Positions 27,772 through 37,410 are shown, numbered from the stretch's first letter. The stretch: 64,000 nt of DNA from an uncultured delta proteobacterium (GCA_963739295.1 CAVTZS010000008.1:41348-105347); one strand, 5' to 3'. The notes: generated by a model not told the origin, from the letters alone. Program-made: numbers and translations.

Positions 27772-28319
27772 TGGTGGTAATCTTCGGGTTGATGGCCACC
27801 GGCAAGACCACCCTGGCCCGGGCCCTGGGTGAGGCCCTGGATCTCCCGGTAATTTCCAGCGATGTGGTGCGCAAAACTCTGGCGGGGCTTATCCCCATCA
27901 CCCCTACGCCGCTTAAGTTCGGGACCGGGATCTATGCGGAGGATTTTTCTCAGCGCACCTACGCCGAGGTGCGCCGCCTGGCCAGCCAACACCTCGACTC
28001 CGGGCGGGGAGTAATTCTGGACGCCTCTTTTAAGCGGGCCCGGGAACGGGAATTGATCGGGCAACTGGCCCGGGAGCACGGGGCGAGAATAGCCTTTATC
28101 CTTTGCACCTGCTCCCTGGAGGTGGCCCGGGAGCGCTTGGGGATCAGGGCCCATGACCCCAAGGCCATCTCCGACGGCCGGGAAGAGTTGCTTACGGCCC
28201 AGGCCCAGGACTTCGACCCGGTATCGGTGGCCGACCGTCCTTTGCTCAAGCTGGAAACCGGGCGGGAAAGGCCAGTGGTTTTGGCGGAATTGACAAATTT
28301 TGTGGCCCCAGCAGATTAA
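27759..28319 (+). CDS. AAA family ATPase / P-loop kinase
   Basis: 186 aa. GTG start 4 nt after AGGAG. P-loop GLMATGKTTLA. It overlaps the upstream gene by 13 nt, and the two are fused in some genomes. Confidence 0.75.
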   Translation: MAPIVVVIFGLMATGKTTLARALGEALDLPVISSDVVRKTLAGLIPITPTPLKFGTGIYAEDFSQRTYAEVRRLASQHLDSGRGVILDASFKRARERELIGQLAREHGARIAFILCTCSLEVARERLGIRAHDPKAISDGREELLTAQAQDFDPVSVADRPLLKLETGRERPVVLAELTNFVAPAD

Positions 28320-28336
28320 GGAAGAAGGAGATCGCC

Positions 28337-28870
28337 ATACAACCGGAAGAAGTAATCGCCCGCATTAGAGAAAAGGCCAAGAAAAATCTCCGGAACGGGC
28401 TCAATTGCGCGGAGTGCGTCTTCGAGGCCGTCATCTCCCAGGTGGACACCGGCTTGCCCCACGAGACCATGTGCGTTATGACGGGCTTCGAGAGCGGCGT
28501 GGGCCTCATTGGAGACACTTGCGGGGCCCTGGTGGGGGCCCTGGCCGCCCTGGGCGCGGTCTATGGCCGGCGGGAGATACCCACCAGCCTTAAGGTAGCC
28601 AAAGAGGAACTCTACGGCAATCCCGGTCTCTACCGCCTCTTCAACCGTTTGCCCAACGAATTCAAGAAGCGCTTCGGCAGCACCCAGTGCCGCTTGCTTA
28701 CCGCCCAGTGGCGAAAGAACTGGTGCTGCCGGGACCACATCCAGTTTTGCCGTAATCTGATTACCGAGATGGCCGGCATGGCCGCAGAGATGGCGGTGCC
28801 CAAGGACCTGGCCCGCTGGGGCTCAGCCCCCTTCCAAGAGCGCCCTGGGGCCGAGGGGAAAGACCAGTAG
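28337..28870 (+). CDS. C_GCAxxG_C_C family redox-like protein (start codon uncertain)
   Basis: Conserved NCAECVFEAV, GDTCGALVGALAALG and QCRLL...WCCRDH..FCRNL motifs. The first canonical start (GTG 28442) would delete the conserved N-terminal Cys motif. The frame is open from 28322, and ATA 28337 sits 6 nt after GAAGGAG. Confidence 0.7.
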   Translation: MQPEEVIARIREKAKKNLRNGLNCAECVFEAVISQVDTGLPHETMCVMTGFESGVGLIGDTCGALVGALAALGAVYGRREIPTSLKVAKEELYGNPGLYRLFNRLPNEFKKRFGSTQCRLLTAQWRKNWCCRDHIQFCRNLITEMAGMAAEMAVPKDLARWGSAPFQERPGAEGKDQ

Positions 28871-28998
28871 ATTTGGAGTAACCATAATTGGCCGGGAAGC
28901 CTTTTCCAGGGATCCATACCTCTGAAATCGCATCCGGTTCGAGAACATTGAACCGGCAATCCGAATTTTGACATCGCTGGCTTTAGCAAAAAAAACCC

Positions 28999-29050
28999 TT
29001 GACAAGAGAAATTGTACTGGGATAATAATATACCGACTGGTCGGTATATT
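28999..29050 (+). promoter_or_regulatory. sigma70-like promoter plus 24-bp perfect palindromic operator upstream of the TetR gene
   Basis: TTGACA (28999-29004), 16 nt, GATAAT (29021-29026). The palindrome AATATACCGAC-TG-GTCGGTATATT (29027-50) lies 20 nt before the TetR ATG. Confidence 0.6.
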
Positions 29051-29069
29051 TTAATCAAGAGGCTTCAGG

Positions 29070-29673
29070 ATGACAACCAAAGGAGAGGTAACACGTCAAC
29101 ATATCATAGAAAAATCAATGCAGCTCTTCTCTGTCAAGGGGTACTTCAATACCTCCATAGCTGATATCATTAAAGCCACCAGTCTAACCAAGGGTGGTCT
29201 TTATGGCCACTTTGGAAACAAGAAAGATATCTGGTATGCGGTCTATGAGGAATGCGTAAGAATTTGGAAGAGCATCGTTTTCAGTGGCGTGAGAGATATC
29301 TCTGACCCACTGGAACGGATTGAAAAGGTCATAGAAAATAGCATGAAAAATTACCTGGGGGCGGATGTTTTTGAGGGCGGCTGTTTTTTGCTCAATTCCC
29401 TCGTCGAATCTCTCCGGACAGTCCTCAACCATGAACAACCACGTCCTGAAAGGCTTCAAGGGTTTCTCCGAATTGTTAGGTTGGTGGCTGGAAGAAGCAG
29501 AGCAGAAAGGAATGTTAAGGGATGGACTGAATCTCGGCGAAATTGCCAATTTTATCGTGATCTCGCTGAACGGGGCTCCTCCCCTGTATGCCTCCAGCAA
29601 AGATCCTGCCGTCTGGCAGCAAACCATGTCACAACTACACTTTTATATCATGCACTTGAGAAAACAGACATGA
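29070..29673 (+). pseudogene. TetR/AcrR family regulator, frameshifted
   Basis: The N-terminal HTH (SIADIIKATSLTKGGLYGHFGNKKDIW) through GGCFLLNSLVE reads in frame 0. The conserved C-terminal half (MNNHVLKGFKGFSELLGWWLEEAEQKGMLR...LHFYIMHLRKQT*) reads in frame +1. The shift is near 29409-29416. Confidence 0.7.
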
Positions 29674-29695
29674 TGAGAGCTCTGAAAAAGCCTGT

Positions 29696-29737
29696 GGGGA
29701 GGGGGCCAGGGACCTGAGGTCCCTGGCCCCCTCCCTC
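29696..29737. repeat. G/C-tract hairpin, type 2
   Basis: GGGGAGGGGGCCAGGGACC-TGA-GGTCCCTGGCCCCCTCCCTC. Confidence 0.8.
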
Positions 29738-29820
29738 AAATTTGGATCAGGTACAGCCAATTGGCAAGCTAAACCCTGGTATTATTTCTTCTTTAACTAA
29801 AAGATAAAGGAGAGTGCGTT

Positions 29821-30599
29821 ATGGACTACACCAATGTTTTGGTGGAGAAACGGGATCAAATCGGCTTCATTACTTTGAATCGCCCGCAAGCGATGAACAC
29901 CTTCAACGTACCCTTTGCCCGGGAGCTCAATGATGCCCTCTGGGAAATGGAGAATGACCCCGAGGTACGGGTGGTGGTGATCGATGCGAATGGCAAACAT
30001 TTCTCCACGGGTATTTCCCTTGACGAATTCAAGGGTAAAAGCAACAAGGAGTACCGGGAGTTTATCCGGTTGATGGATGAGCACAATCACACCATTGCCA
30101 GGATGAAAAAGCCGGTGATTGCCTCGGTGAAAGGCTATGCCCTGGCAAATGGCTCCGGCCTGTCCTTTGCCTGTGACCTGACGGTGGCCGCGGAGGATGC
30201 CAGATTCGGCACCACGGCCATCAATGTGGGCCTCATTTGTACGGGACCGGCGGCGCCCCTGGCCCGCCTCGTGGGCCGCAAAAAGACTCTGGAAATGGTG
30301 CTTACGGGAGATATCATCTCGGCGGCGGAGGCGGAAAGGTTGGGACTGGTCAACAAGGTAGTGCCCAATGATAAACTGGAGGAAGCCACCCTGGAATTGG
30401 CCACCAAACTGGCTGCCAAAAGCCCGCTGGCCATGCAGATTGGCAAAGCCGCAATCTATGGGATGCAAGATGTCCCTTACCACCAGGGCATTAGACTATG
30501 CTGACCGAGCTGTTTGCGGCTCTTTGCAGCTGTGAAGATGCGGAGGAAGGGGTAAAGGCATTTCTGGAGAAGAGAAAACCGGTGTGGCGTGAACGCTAA
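29821..30599 (+). pseudogene. enoyl-CoA hydratase/isomerase family protein, frameshifted near the 3' end
   Basis: Crotonase fold motifs are present (VIASVKGYALANGSGLSFACDL). The frame stops at 30502-04, but the conserved C-terminus LTELFAALCSCEDAEEGVKAFLEKRKPVWRER* continues in the -1 frame to 30599. This is consistent with a 1-nt deletion near 30497-30500. Confidence 0.75.
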
Positions 30600-30662
30600 C
30601 TGCCTCAGAGATTTCTGAGAACAGACGGCTGGGATGTCCGAAGAAAAGCAAGGTGACAAGCA

Positions 30663-30869
30663 ATGAGCGTCGAAGAGGCAATGAAAAGTCATGGATTCAA
30701 TCTCGCGGCAAGTTGCGCCGGGAAGGCATCGTATACGAAATGGATAAAATACAAAGGAAAGCGCGCCTATATCGCCGTCAGCGACGTAAGCGGGGAAAGC
30801 TTTCCTAACACCTTGGAGGAGCCCGTTCGAGTGACCATCCATGACCTCAGGTCCGGTGAACGAACTTGA
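30663..30869 (+). CDS. hypothetical small protein
   Basis: 68-aa ORF with no recognisable motif. It lies inside the decayed cassette. Confidence 0.3.
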   Translation: MSVEEAMKSHGFNLAASCAGKASYTKWIKYKGKRAYIAVSDVSGESFPNTLEEPVRVTIHDLRSGERT

Positions 30870-30974
30870 GCCCTCCCAGGATGTCAGCTCATTAAGTTCT
30901 TATTTAGAATCGCTCCAGGAGTGATTAGTATCCTGGCCCCAGTCGGTAGCCATCCCTGCCTCCGGGGGCCTAGC

Positions 30975-31124
30975 CGCAGGGGGCAGGGATGGTACAGAGG
31001 GGCGGCCCCTGAGGTAGTCTCCGGTTTTGCTGCCACCTATAACTCGAACTGGCGCCTGGAAAGGCTGGGCTTCTTGAGCCCTACAGAATATTGGCGCAGG
31101 TACTTGCAAAAGAGGCCTGCCTAA
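30975..31124 (+). mobile_element. remnant of a DDE (rve/integrase-core) transposase C-terminus
   Basis: ...VVSGFAATYNSNWRLERLGFLSPTEYWRRYLQ* resembles the conserved ...YN..W..ERLGY.SP.E. tail of IS3/IS481-type transposases. No catalytic domain is present upstream. Confidence 0.45.
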
Positions 31125-31160
31125 TGGTAATTTTGTGTTCAAGCAACCGGGGCCGGTTCA

Positions 31161-31417
31161 CCACCAGCTTTAAAGACGCCAAAGAGGAACTCTACGGCAA
31201 TCCTGGTCTCTATCGCCTCTTTAACCGCTTGCCCAACGGATTCAAGAAGGGCTTCGGCCGCACCCAGTGCCGCTTGATTACCGCGCCCGAGCGGAAAAAC
31301 TGGCGCGGTCGGGATCACGGCCTGTTTTGCCGCAATGTGGTAAGGGAGATGGCCGGCATGGCCGCAGAGATGGCAGTGTCCAAGGACCTGGCCCGCGGAG
31401 GCTCAGCAGTCCTTTAG
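31161..31417 (+). pseudogene. 3' fragment of a second C_GCAxxG_C_C gene (diverged duplicate of 28581-28838)
   Basis: Colinear nucleotide alignment with the full gene at a 2580-nt offset, roughly 15% mismatches by hand count. It translates to AKEELYGNPGLYRLFNRLPNGFKKGFGRTQCRLI...EMAGMAAEMAV. The Cys pair WCC is lost (WRG), and there is no 5' half. Confidence 0.75.
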
Positions 31418-31443
31418 TAAGAATGTGGAGGATCTCCAGTAAG

Positions 31444-32454
31444 ATGGCCCAACGCAAGCGCATCCTCAGCGGCATGCGCCCCACCGGCAAGCTGCACCTC
31501 GGGAACTATTACGGCGCCCTGTACAACTGGCTGCGCCTCCAGGATGAGTATCACTGCTTCTATTTTGTGGCTGACTGGCACGCCCTGACCACGGAATACG
31601 ACTCTCCCCAAGAAATCGGCGGCTATATTAAAGAGATGGTGATGGATTGGCTGAGCGTGGGCCTGGATCCGGAAAAGAGCACCTTCTTCGTGCAGTCAGC
31701 CATCCCGGAACATGCTGAACTTCATCTCATCTTCGGCATGTTCACCCCGGTGCCCTGGCTGGAGCGCAACCCCACTTACAAGGACCAGCTTCAGGAGCTG
31801 TCCCACAAGGACCTGGCCACCTACGGCTTTTTGGGCTACCCGGTGCTCCAGGCCGCGGACATCTTGATGTATAAGGCGGATGGCGTGCCGGTGGGGGTGG
31901 ACCAGGTGCCCCACGTGGAGATGACCCGGGAGATCGCCCGGCGCTTCAATCATCTTTACCGGCCCATTTTTCCGGAACCGGAAGTGCTCCTCACCGATAT
32001 GCCCAAAATCACCGGCACCGATGGCCGCAAGATGAGCAAAAGTTACGGGAATTGCATATACTTGAGCGATCCGCCGGAGGTCATGCTTAAGAAGGTGCGC
32101 CAGATGGTAACGGATATCCAGCGGCCTTACCGCCGGGACCCGGGGGAGCCGGATCGCTGTCTGGCCTTTCCCTTTCACCGCCTCAATCTGCCCACGGAGC
32201 GCTTGCAGGAGATCAGCGAGTCTTGCCGGAGTGCGGCCCTGGGGTGTGTGGAGTGTAAAAAGATGCTGGCCCAGGCGCTGGTTAACAACTTTGCCCCCAT
32301 TCACGAGCGGCGGCGTTATTACGAGATGCACCCCGAGGCCGTGCTGGAAGTCCTGCGCCAGGGGAATTCCCGGGCCCGGCACCAGGCCCAGCAGACCATG
32401 GCCGAAGTTAGAGAGGCTATTTCCTTTGATTTAGAGTTTCAATTATACGTTTAG
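31444..32454 (+). CDS. trpS: tryptophan--tRNA ligase
   Basis: Class I aaRS motifs HLGNYYGA (HIGH) and KMSKS. I prefer ATG 31444 to the ORF-track 31267, which reads through the pseudogene fragment. Confidence 0.95.
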   Translation: MAQRKRILSGMRPTGKLHLGNYYGALYNWLRLQDEYHCFYFVADWHALTTEYDSPQEIGGYIKEMVMDWLSVGLDPEKSTFFVQSAIPEHAELHLIFGMFTPVPWLERNPTYKDQLQELSHKDLATYGFLGYPVLQAADILMYKADGVPVGVDQVPHVEMTREIARRFNHLYRPIFPEPEVLLTDMPKITGTDGRKMSKSYGNCIYLSDPPEVMLKKVRQMVTDIQRPYRRDPGEPDRCLAFPFHRLNLPTERLQEISESCRSAALGCVECKKMLAQALVNNFAPIHERRRYYEMHPEAVLEVLRQGNSRARHQAQQTMAEVREAISFDLEFQLYV

Positions 32455-32487
32455 CGGAGCTAAGAGGACAATTGAACAATTGATAGT

Positions 32488-32545
32488 GGGGGGAGGCCAG
32501 GGATCGTAGGGGCGGTTCGCGAAACACCCCTACCTGCCCTCCCTC
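32488..32545. repeat. nested G/C hairpin (outer GGGGGGAGGCCAGG/CCTGCCCTCCCTC, inner GTAGGGG...CCCCTAC)
   Basis: Read directly. Confidence 0.7.
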
Positions 32546-32705
32546 AAGCCCCCCGGGTACGAGGGCCGGGAAGGCGGGGCCTTTGGCGCGGACATCACCA
32601 ACTAAAAATAAACTTGAGGGATAGGAGAGGGAGTAAGGGCTGGTGGCACAGGCATCCCGCCTGTGGAAGCCCTTAGCGCCCTCCCCCAGGAATCTACTCC
32701 ACCCC

Positions 32706-33431
32706 ATGACCCTGGAGCGGTTGCAAAAATATTTATCCCGCATGGGTCTCTGTTCCCGACGCCAGGCAGAGGAGTGGATGAAGGCCGGCCGGGTGAGGGT
32801 CAACGAGCAGGTAGTTACGGAACTGGGGACCAAAATCGATGCAGAACTGGATGCGGTGTGGGTGAATGGCCGCCTGGTGCAGCTGGCGCCGCCGCCGATT
32901 ACCGTAATACTCCACAAACCCTATGGGTATGTGTCCAGCACCGCTGACCCCCAGGGGAGGCGGGTGGTTACGGAGTTATTGGCCGAAGATCAGAGTAGGC
33001 TTTATCTTGTAGGGCGTCTGGATTACGACGCCACCGGCCTGATGGTTCTGACCAACGATGGGGAGATGGCTTTTCGGCTAATGCATCCCAGCTACCAGGT
33101 TCCCCGGATCTATCGGGTGACCGTGGCCGGGGAGGTGGCCCCGGAGACCATAAAACTCCTGGCTGCCGGGATTAAAGTGCACGGCCGGTTGGTCCCGGCC
33201 GAGGTGGCGGTGGTGAAACAGGAAGCGGAAAGGACGGTGCTGGAGCTCACGGTGCGGGAAGGGCGTTATCATCTCGTCAAGCGGCTCATGGAGCGGGTGG
33301 GCCATCCCGTGTTGAAGTTGAAGCGCGTGGGTTTCGGCCCCCTGAAGTTGGGGAAACTAGCCCGGGGGGCTTACCGCGAGCTTAGCCCCGAAGAGCTGGA
33401 GGCAGTAAAAACCGAGGTGGGCCTGAAGTGA
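32706..33431 (+). CDS. rRNA pseudouridine synthase (RsuA/RluB family)
   Basis: S4 domain LERLQKYLSRMGLCSRRQAEEWM and the catalytic GRLDYDATGL motif. I prefer ATG 32706. Confidence 0.9.
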   Translation: MTLERLQKYLSRMGLCSRRQAEEWMKAGRVRVNEQVVTELGTKIDAELDAVWVNGRLVQLAPPPITVILHKPYGYVSSTADPQGRRVVTELLAEDQSRLYLVGRLDYDATGLMVLTNDGEMAFRLMHPSYQVPRIYRVTVAGEVAPETIKLLAAGIKVHGRLVPAEVAVVKQEAERTVLELTVREGRYHLVKRLMERVGHPVLKLKRVGFGPLKLGKLARGAYRELSPEELEAVKTEVGLK

Positions 33432-34369
33432 GCCTGGAGGAAAAACAATTTAAAGAAGAGCTGCCGCCGGAGTCTTCCCGGAGGTGGGGTCCCCCTTGGA
33501 GACAACCCGGGGAAGGGGGGGCTCCCGGCCCCAGCCGACCGATCTTGCACCTGGTCCTGTTCCTGGCCACGGTGGTCACCACCATCATCGCCGGCGCCCT
33601 GCAGCAAGGGGTGAACCCGCTTAGTGAGCCCTGGGCGCTTTACCGTGGCATTCCCTTTTCTTTTACCCTGATCCTGATCCTGGGCACCCATGAGATGGGC
33701 CATTACCTGGTGTCCCGGCGGCATCACCTTAATGTGACTCTGCCCTATTTTATCCCGGCGCCGCCTATTCCATTCATCATCGGCACCTTTGGGGCCTTCA
33801 TCCGTATCCGCTCCCCCATCCAGGACAAGCGGGCGCTGCTGGATGTGGGCTGTGCCGGGCCCCTGACCGGGGTGCTGGTGGCGGTGCCGGTGATCCTTAT
33901 CGGCCTGAAAATGTCCACCATCAAGATAATGCCGGAAGATGCCGGCGGCTTGATCCTGGGGGAACCGCTGTTGTTCCAGATGTTGAGCTGGCTTACCTTC
34001 GGCCCCTTGCAGCCAGAGGAGCAGGTCCTGCTGCATCCGGTGGCCTTTGCCGGCTGGATCGGCCTGTTGGTCACGGCTCTCAACCTGATGCCGGTGGGAC
34101 AGTTGGATGGTGGCCATGTGGCTTACGCCCTCTTCCCGACTTTCCATCGCCGCATCTCCCTGGCCTGTTTCATTCTTTTGGTGGTCTGCGGCCTGTTCTT
34201 CTGGCAGGGCTGGCTGATGTGGGCCGTGCTCCTTTATCTTTTGGGTTTTCGCCATCCTCCCCCTTACCACGATTGGATCCCTTTGGATGGGCGTCGGCGC
34301 CTCGTGGGGTTCTTGACCATCCTGGTCTTCATGCTGACCTTTTCGCCTACCCCCTTTAAGGTGGGGTAA
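33428..34369 (+). CDS. site-2 protease (peptidase M50) family protein
   Basis: Polytopic, with HEMGHYLVSRRH and the second motif NLMPVGQLDGGH. Confidence 0.85.
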   Translation: MSLEEKQFKEELPPESSRRWGPPWRQPGEGGAPGPSRPILHLVLFLATVVTTIIAGALQQGVNPLSEPWALYRGIPFSFTLILILGTHEMGHYLVSRRHHLNVTLPYFIPAPPIPFIIGTFGAFIRIRSPIQDKRALLDVGCAGPLTGVLVAVPVILIGLKMSTIKIMPEDAGGLILGEPLLFQMLSWLTFGPLQPEEQVLLHPVAFAGWIGLLVTALNLMPVGQLDGGHVAYALFPTFHRRISLACFILLVVCGLFFWQGWLMWAVLLYLLGFRHPPPYHDWIPLDGRRRLVGFLTILVFMLTFSPTPFKVG

Positions 34370-35016
34370 TGTCTTCCAGGCCATTTCGGTTAGCCCTTTT
34401 TGATCTGGACGGCACCCTCACCCTTCCCAAGAGTTCCTGGCAATACCTGCATGAACGCCTGGGCTGCTGGCGGGGGAGGGCGGAGTCCTTTGTCAAACGG
34501 TACCAAGAAGGGGAGATCGATTATCTCACCTTTTGTGAACTGGACGCGTCCTTGTGGCGGGGTTTAGCCGTGGCGGACCTCAGCCGCCTGGCCCAGGAAG
34601 TTCCCTTTTATGACGGCGCCCCTGACCTGATCCGGTATCTCAAGTCCCGGGGCCTCAAGCTGGCCCTGATCTCTTCCGGGGTGGATCTGGTAGCCCAGGG
34701 GGCCAAGGCGCGTCTGGGCTTTCACTTTGCGGTGGCCAATGGCCTGGAAATAGCCGGGGGGCGCCTTACCGGGGGCGTGCGCCTCCGGGTGCAGCACCAC
34801 TTGAAGAAGGTATGGGCTGAGAGACTTTTAGGCCGCTGGGACCTTAGCCCCGAAGAGGTGCTGGCCTTTGGGGATAGCTTAAGCGACCTGGAGCTTTTTG
34901 AAATGGCCGGCTATGCGGTGGCCATTAACCCGGAGCCCCCGGAGCTGGCCCTCAAGGTTGACCTGGCCTATTGGGGCTTCGATTTGCGGGAACTTCTGGA
35001 CCTTCTGCCGGTTTAA
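34369..35016 (+). CDS. HAD-IB family phosphatase (SerB-like)
   Basis: DLDGTLT motif I, SSG motif and GDSLSDLE motif IV. Confidence 0.8.
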   Translation: MSSRPFRLALFDLDGTLTLPKSSWQYLHERLGCWRGRAESFVKRYQEGEIDYLTFCELDASLWRGLAVADLSRLAQEVPFYDGAPDLIRYLKSRGLKLALISSGVDLVAQGAKARLGFHFAVANGLEIAGGRLTGGVRLRVQHHLKKVWAERLLGRWDLSPEEVLAFGDSLSDLELFEMAGYAVAINPEPPELALKVDLAYWGFDLRELLDLLPV

Positions 35017-35088
35017 TGGACTGTGAGGGTAGGGGCCAACCTAAAAGAAGAGGAATAAATCCGCTAGTTGGGGTAGTAACTTAATAAG

Positions 35089-35619
35089 ATGTACTGGTCT
35101 GATCTGAGCCTGTATAAATTCTGTCCCCATTGCGGCGGCAACTTAGAGAAGCGGCTGCTTAAGCCCATGGAGCCGGAGCGCCTGGTCTGCACCGCCTGCG
35201 GTTTCGTATTCTACCTCGACCCCAAGCTGGCGGCCATCGCCCTGGTGCCTCTGGAGGGAGGCCTGGTAATGGTGCGCCGGGCCATTGAGCCAGGCTACGG
35301 GCTCTGGGTGGTGCCCGGGGGGTTCGTAGATGTGGGAGAAAAGGTGGAGGAGGCGGTGGTCAGGGAAACTCTGGAGGAAACTCACCTCCAGGTGAGGGTC
35401 CAGCGGCTCCAAAACGTTTACTCTTACCTGAACCACCGCACCGTAGTGCTGGCTTTTCTCACCGAATATCTGGGGGGAACCCTGGCTGCCGGGGATGAAA
35501 CCCTGGAGGCCCGCGTCTTTAAGCTTAAGGAAATTCCCTGGGAGAGGATCGCCTTTAGCTCCACCCGGGAGGCGCTTCAGGAATATCTGGGACTGAGGCA
35601 GAAGGAAGGGCTTTATTAG
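35089..35619 (+). CDS. NUDIX hydrolase with an N-terminal zinc ribbon
   Basis: CPHCGG...CTACG, then the Nudix box GGFVDVGEKVEEAVVRETLEETHL. Confidence 0.85.
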   Translation: MYWSDLSLYKFCPHCGGNLEKRLLKPMEPERLVCTACGFVFYLDPKLAAIALVPLEGGLVMVRRAIEPGYGLWVVPGGFVDVGEKVEEAVVRETLEETHLQVRVQRLQNVYSYLNHRTVVLAFLTEYLGGTLAAGDETLEARVFKLKEIPWERIAFSSTREALQEYLGLRQKEGLY

Positions 35620-35678
35620 TTTTCGGGTTACTTGGTGGTCCGGCGGGTTTCTTGTTAATAAACATCTGAGGGAGTGAA

Positions 35679-36248
35679 ATGGACCAAGGGCGAGAGAAGC
35701 TCCTCCAGCTGCTTAAAGAAAAGTCCTTTCAGTACCGCCCGGACGCTCCTTTCAAGCTGGCCTCGGGCCGGGAAAGCCCCTACTACATAGATTGCCGGCC
35801 CACCACCCACAACGCCCAGGGCCTGGCCCTCATCGGCGAAATTTTCTTTGACCTGATTCGGGGCCTGGAGGTGGAGGCCATTGGCGGCCTCACCATGGGG
35901 GCTGACCCCATCGCCCACGCCGTGGCCCTGACCAGCTACTTAAAGGGCAAGTCCATCAACGCTTTTTCGGTGCGCAAGCAGGCCAAAGAGCACGGCACCG
36001 GCGGGCTGGTGGTGGGGGATGTGAAGCCAGGGGACCGGGTGGTGATCGTGGAGGACGTCATTACCACGGGCGGCTCCACTATCCAGGCCATCACCGCCGC
36101 CCGGGAATTCGGGCTTCAGGTGGTAAGAGTGATAGTTCTGGTGGACCGGGAAGAAGGGGGCCGGCAGGCCGTGGAGAAAATTATCCCCCAATTTGAGTCG
36201 GTATTTACCCTCTCCGAGTTGAAACCAAAGACTCAGGCAGAAAGATGA
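35679..36248 (+). CDS. pyrE: orotate phosphoribosyltransferase
   Basis: 189 aa. PRPP-binding motif VVIVEDVITTGGS and a typical PyrE N-terminus (FKLASGRESPYYID). Confidence 0.9.
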   Translation: MDQGREKLLQLLKEKSFQYRPDAPFKLASGRESPYYIDCRPTTHNAQGLALIGEIFFDLIRGLEVEAIGGLTMGADPIAHAVALTSYLKGKSINAFSVRKQAKEHGTGGLVVGDVKPGDRVVIVEDVITTGGSTIQAITAAREFGLQVVRVIVLVDREEGGRQAVEKIIPQFESVFTLSELKPKTQAER

Positions 36249-36796
36249 AGAAGCGGAAAATCTTCATGGTCTTCCTGGCCTTGGCCTGGACCCTTGGCCT
36301 GCACTCCCTGAACCGGGAGTGCTTTGGCCAGGCCGCGGCCTTTGCTCCTTACAGCGGCATCTGGGAAGATGAGGTCATACTTTTTAACAGTGTGCGCCTG
36401 AAACTGGGCCTGCCCCAAGAAAAGGTGATGGCCGAACTGAAAAAAAACTATAGCTTGAAAAAGATTGATCCTGAAGCCTGGCTGATCCTGGATAAGTCTG
36501 GACAGGAAGCCGGACAAATGGTTTTTAGAGCTGGGAAACTCAGCTCTATCTCCAAAGACCTGGGGTCTTTCCGGGGCGAACACCTGACCAGTGCTTTTTC
36601 TGCCCTATTTGCCATCTTAGCCAATATGAATAAGGAAGGGGAAAAATCCGCCCGGATCTTGACGAGGACCATCAAGCAAGGCGAAATCACTATGGACGCC
36701 ATCCATCTGATATACGGCAAAAAGAAAATTGTCATCTTGATTAAGGAAAGTGGTCCGGGGGCGCCAGCGGTTACCATCCGGGAGGTTCTGGAGTAA
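36245..36796 (+). CDS. hypothetical secreted protein
   Basis: 183 aa with a signal peptide (MKKRKIFMVFLALAWTLGLHS). ATGA overlap with pyrE. Confidence 0.5.
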   Translation: MKKRKIFMVFLALAWTLGLHSLNRECFGQAAAFAPYSGIWEDEVILFNSVRLKLGLPQEKVMAELKKNYSLKKIDPEAWLILDKSGQEAGQMVFRAGKLSSISKDLGSFRGEHLTSAFSALFAILANMNKEGEKSARILTRTIKQGEITMDAIHLIYGKKKIVILIKESGPGAPAVTIREVLE

Positions 36797-36947
36797 GAAG
36801 TTGGGAGAATTAGCGAAGGCGCGACCATTTATTTTGCCCTGCCACGATGAAATAGGGTTGAACTGGTTAAATCCATGATTATAGTGAGCTTAAAGGATCG
36901 CCAGATTCATGCCGGATCCGTAATCTCCTCCGGGAAGGAGAGAAGAG

Positions 36948-37385
36948 GTGGATTTAAGGGAAATAGCTATCTTGTTGGTAGAAGACAATCCCCCGGACGT
37001 CGAGCTTACGCTCCGGGCCTTGAAGAAGCACAATCTGGCCAATAAGGTGCACGTGGCCAGGGACGGCGCGGAAGCTTTGGATTTTATTTTCGCCACCGGT
37101 CCTTCTACTGATCGCCCAAAGGATAGTTTGAAAGTAATTTTGCTCGATTTGAAGCTCCCCAAGGTCAGCGGCCTGGAAGTTCTGCAAAAAATTAAACCTG
37201 ATGAGCGTACCAGACAGATTCCCGTGGTGGTTTTGACCTCTTCCCGTGAAGACCGGGATATCAAGGAGTGCTACAAGCTGGGAGTCAACAGCTATGTGGT
37301 AAAACCGGTGGAGTTTGACAAGTTTGCCCAAACCGTCGCCGAACTAGGCTTCTACTGGCTGCTGGTGAACAAGCCGATGACTTAG
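36948..37385 (+). CDS. single-domain response regulator (receiver)
   Basis: 145 aa. Receiver residues: VEDN (acidic pocket), LLDLKLP (phospho-Asp) and TSS...K. Confidence 0.9.
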   Translation: MDLREIAILLVEDNPPDVELTLRALKKHNLANKVHVARDGAEALDFIFATGPSTDRPKDSLKVILLDLKLPKVSGLEVLQKIKPDERTRQIPVVVLTSSREDRDIKECYKLGVNSYVVKPVEFDKFAQTVAELGFYWLLVNKPMT

Positions 37386-37410
37386 CCTCTCCGCTGGGGC
37401 GCGGAAATGG

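Noticed and set aside
27745-27775. The phosphotransferase / P-loop ATPase pair as a frameshift-split fusion gene
   Set aside because: The downstream ORF has its own AGGAG 4 nt before a GTG start, and the 13-nt overlap is typical of translational coupling. A lesion is not needed to explain it.
31091-31417. 108-aa ORF listed in the track
   Set aside because: It is a chimera. Its first 24 or so codons are fortuitous sequence after the transposase remnant, and the rest is the 3' fragment of the duplicated C_GCAxxG_C_C gene. I call it a pseudogene fragment instead.
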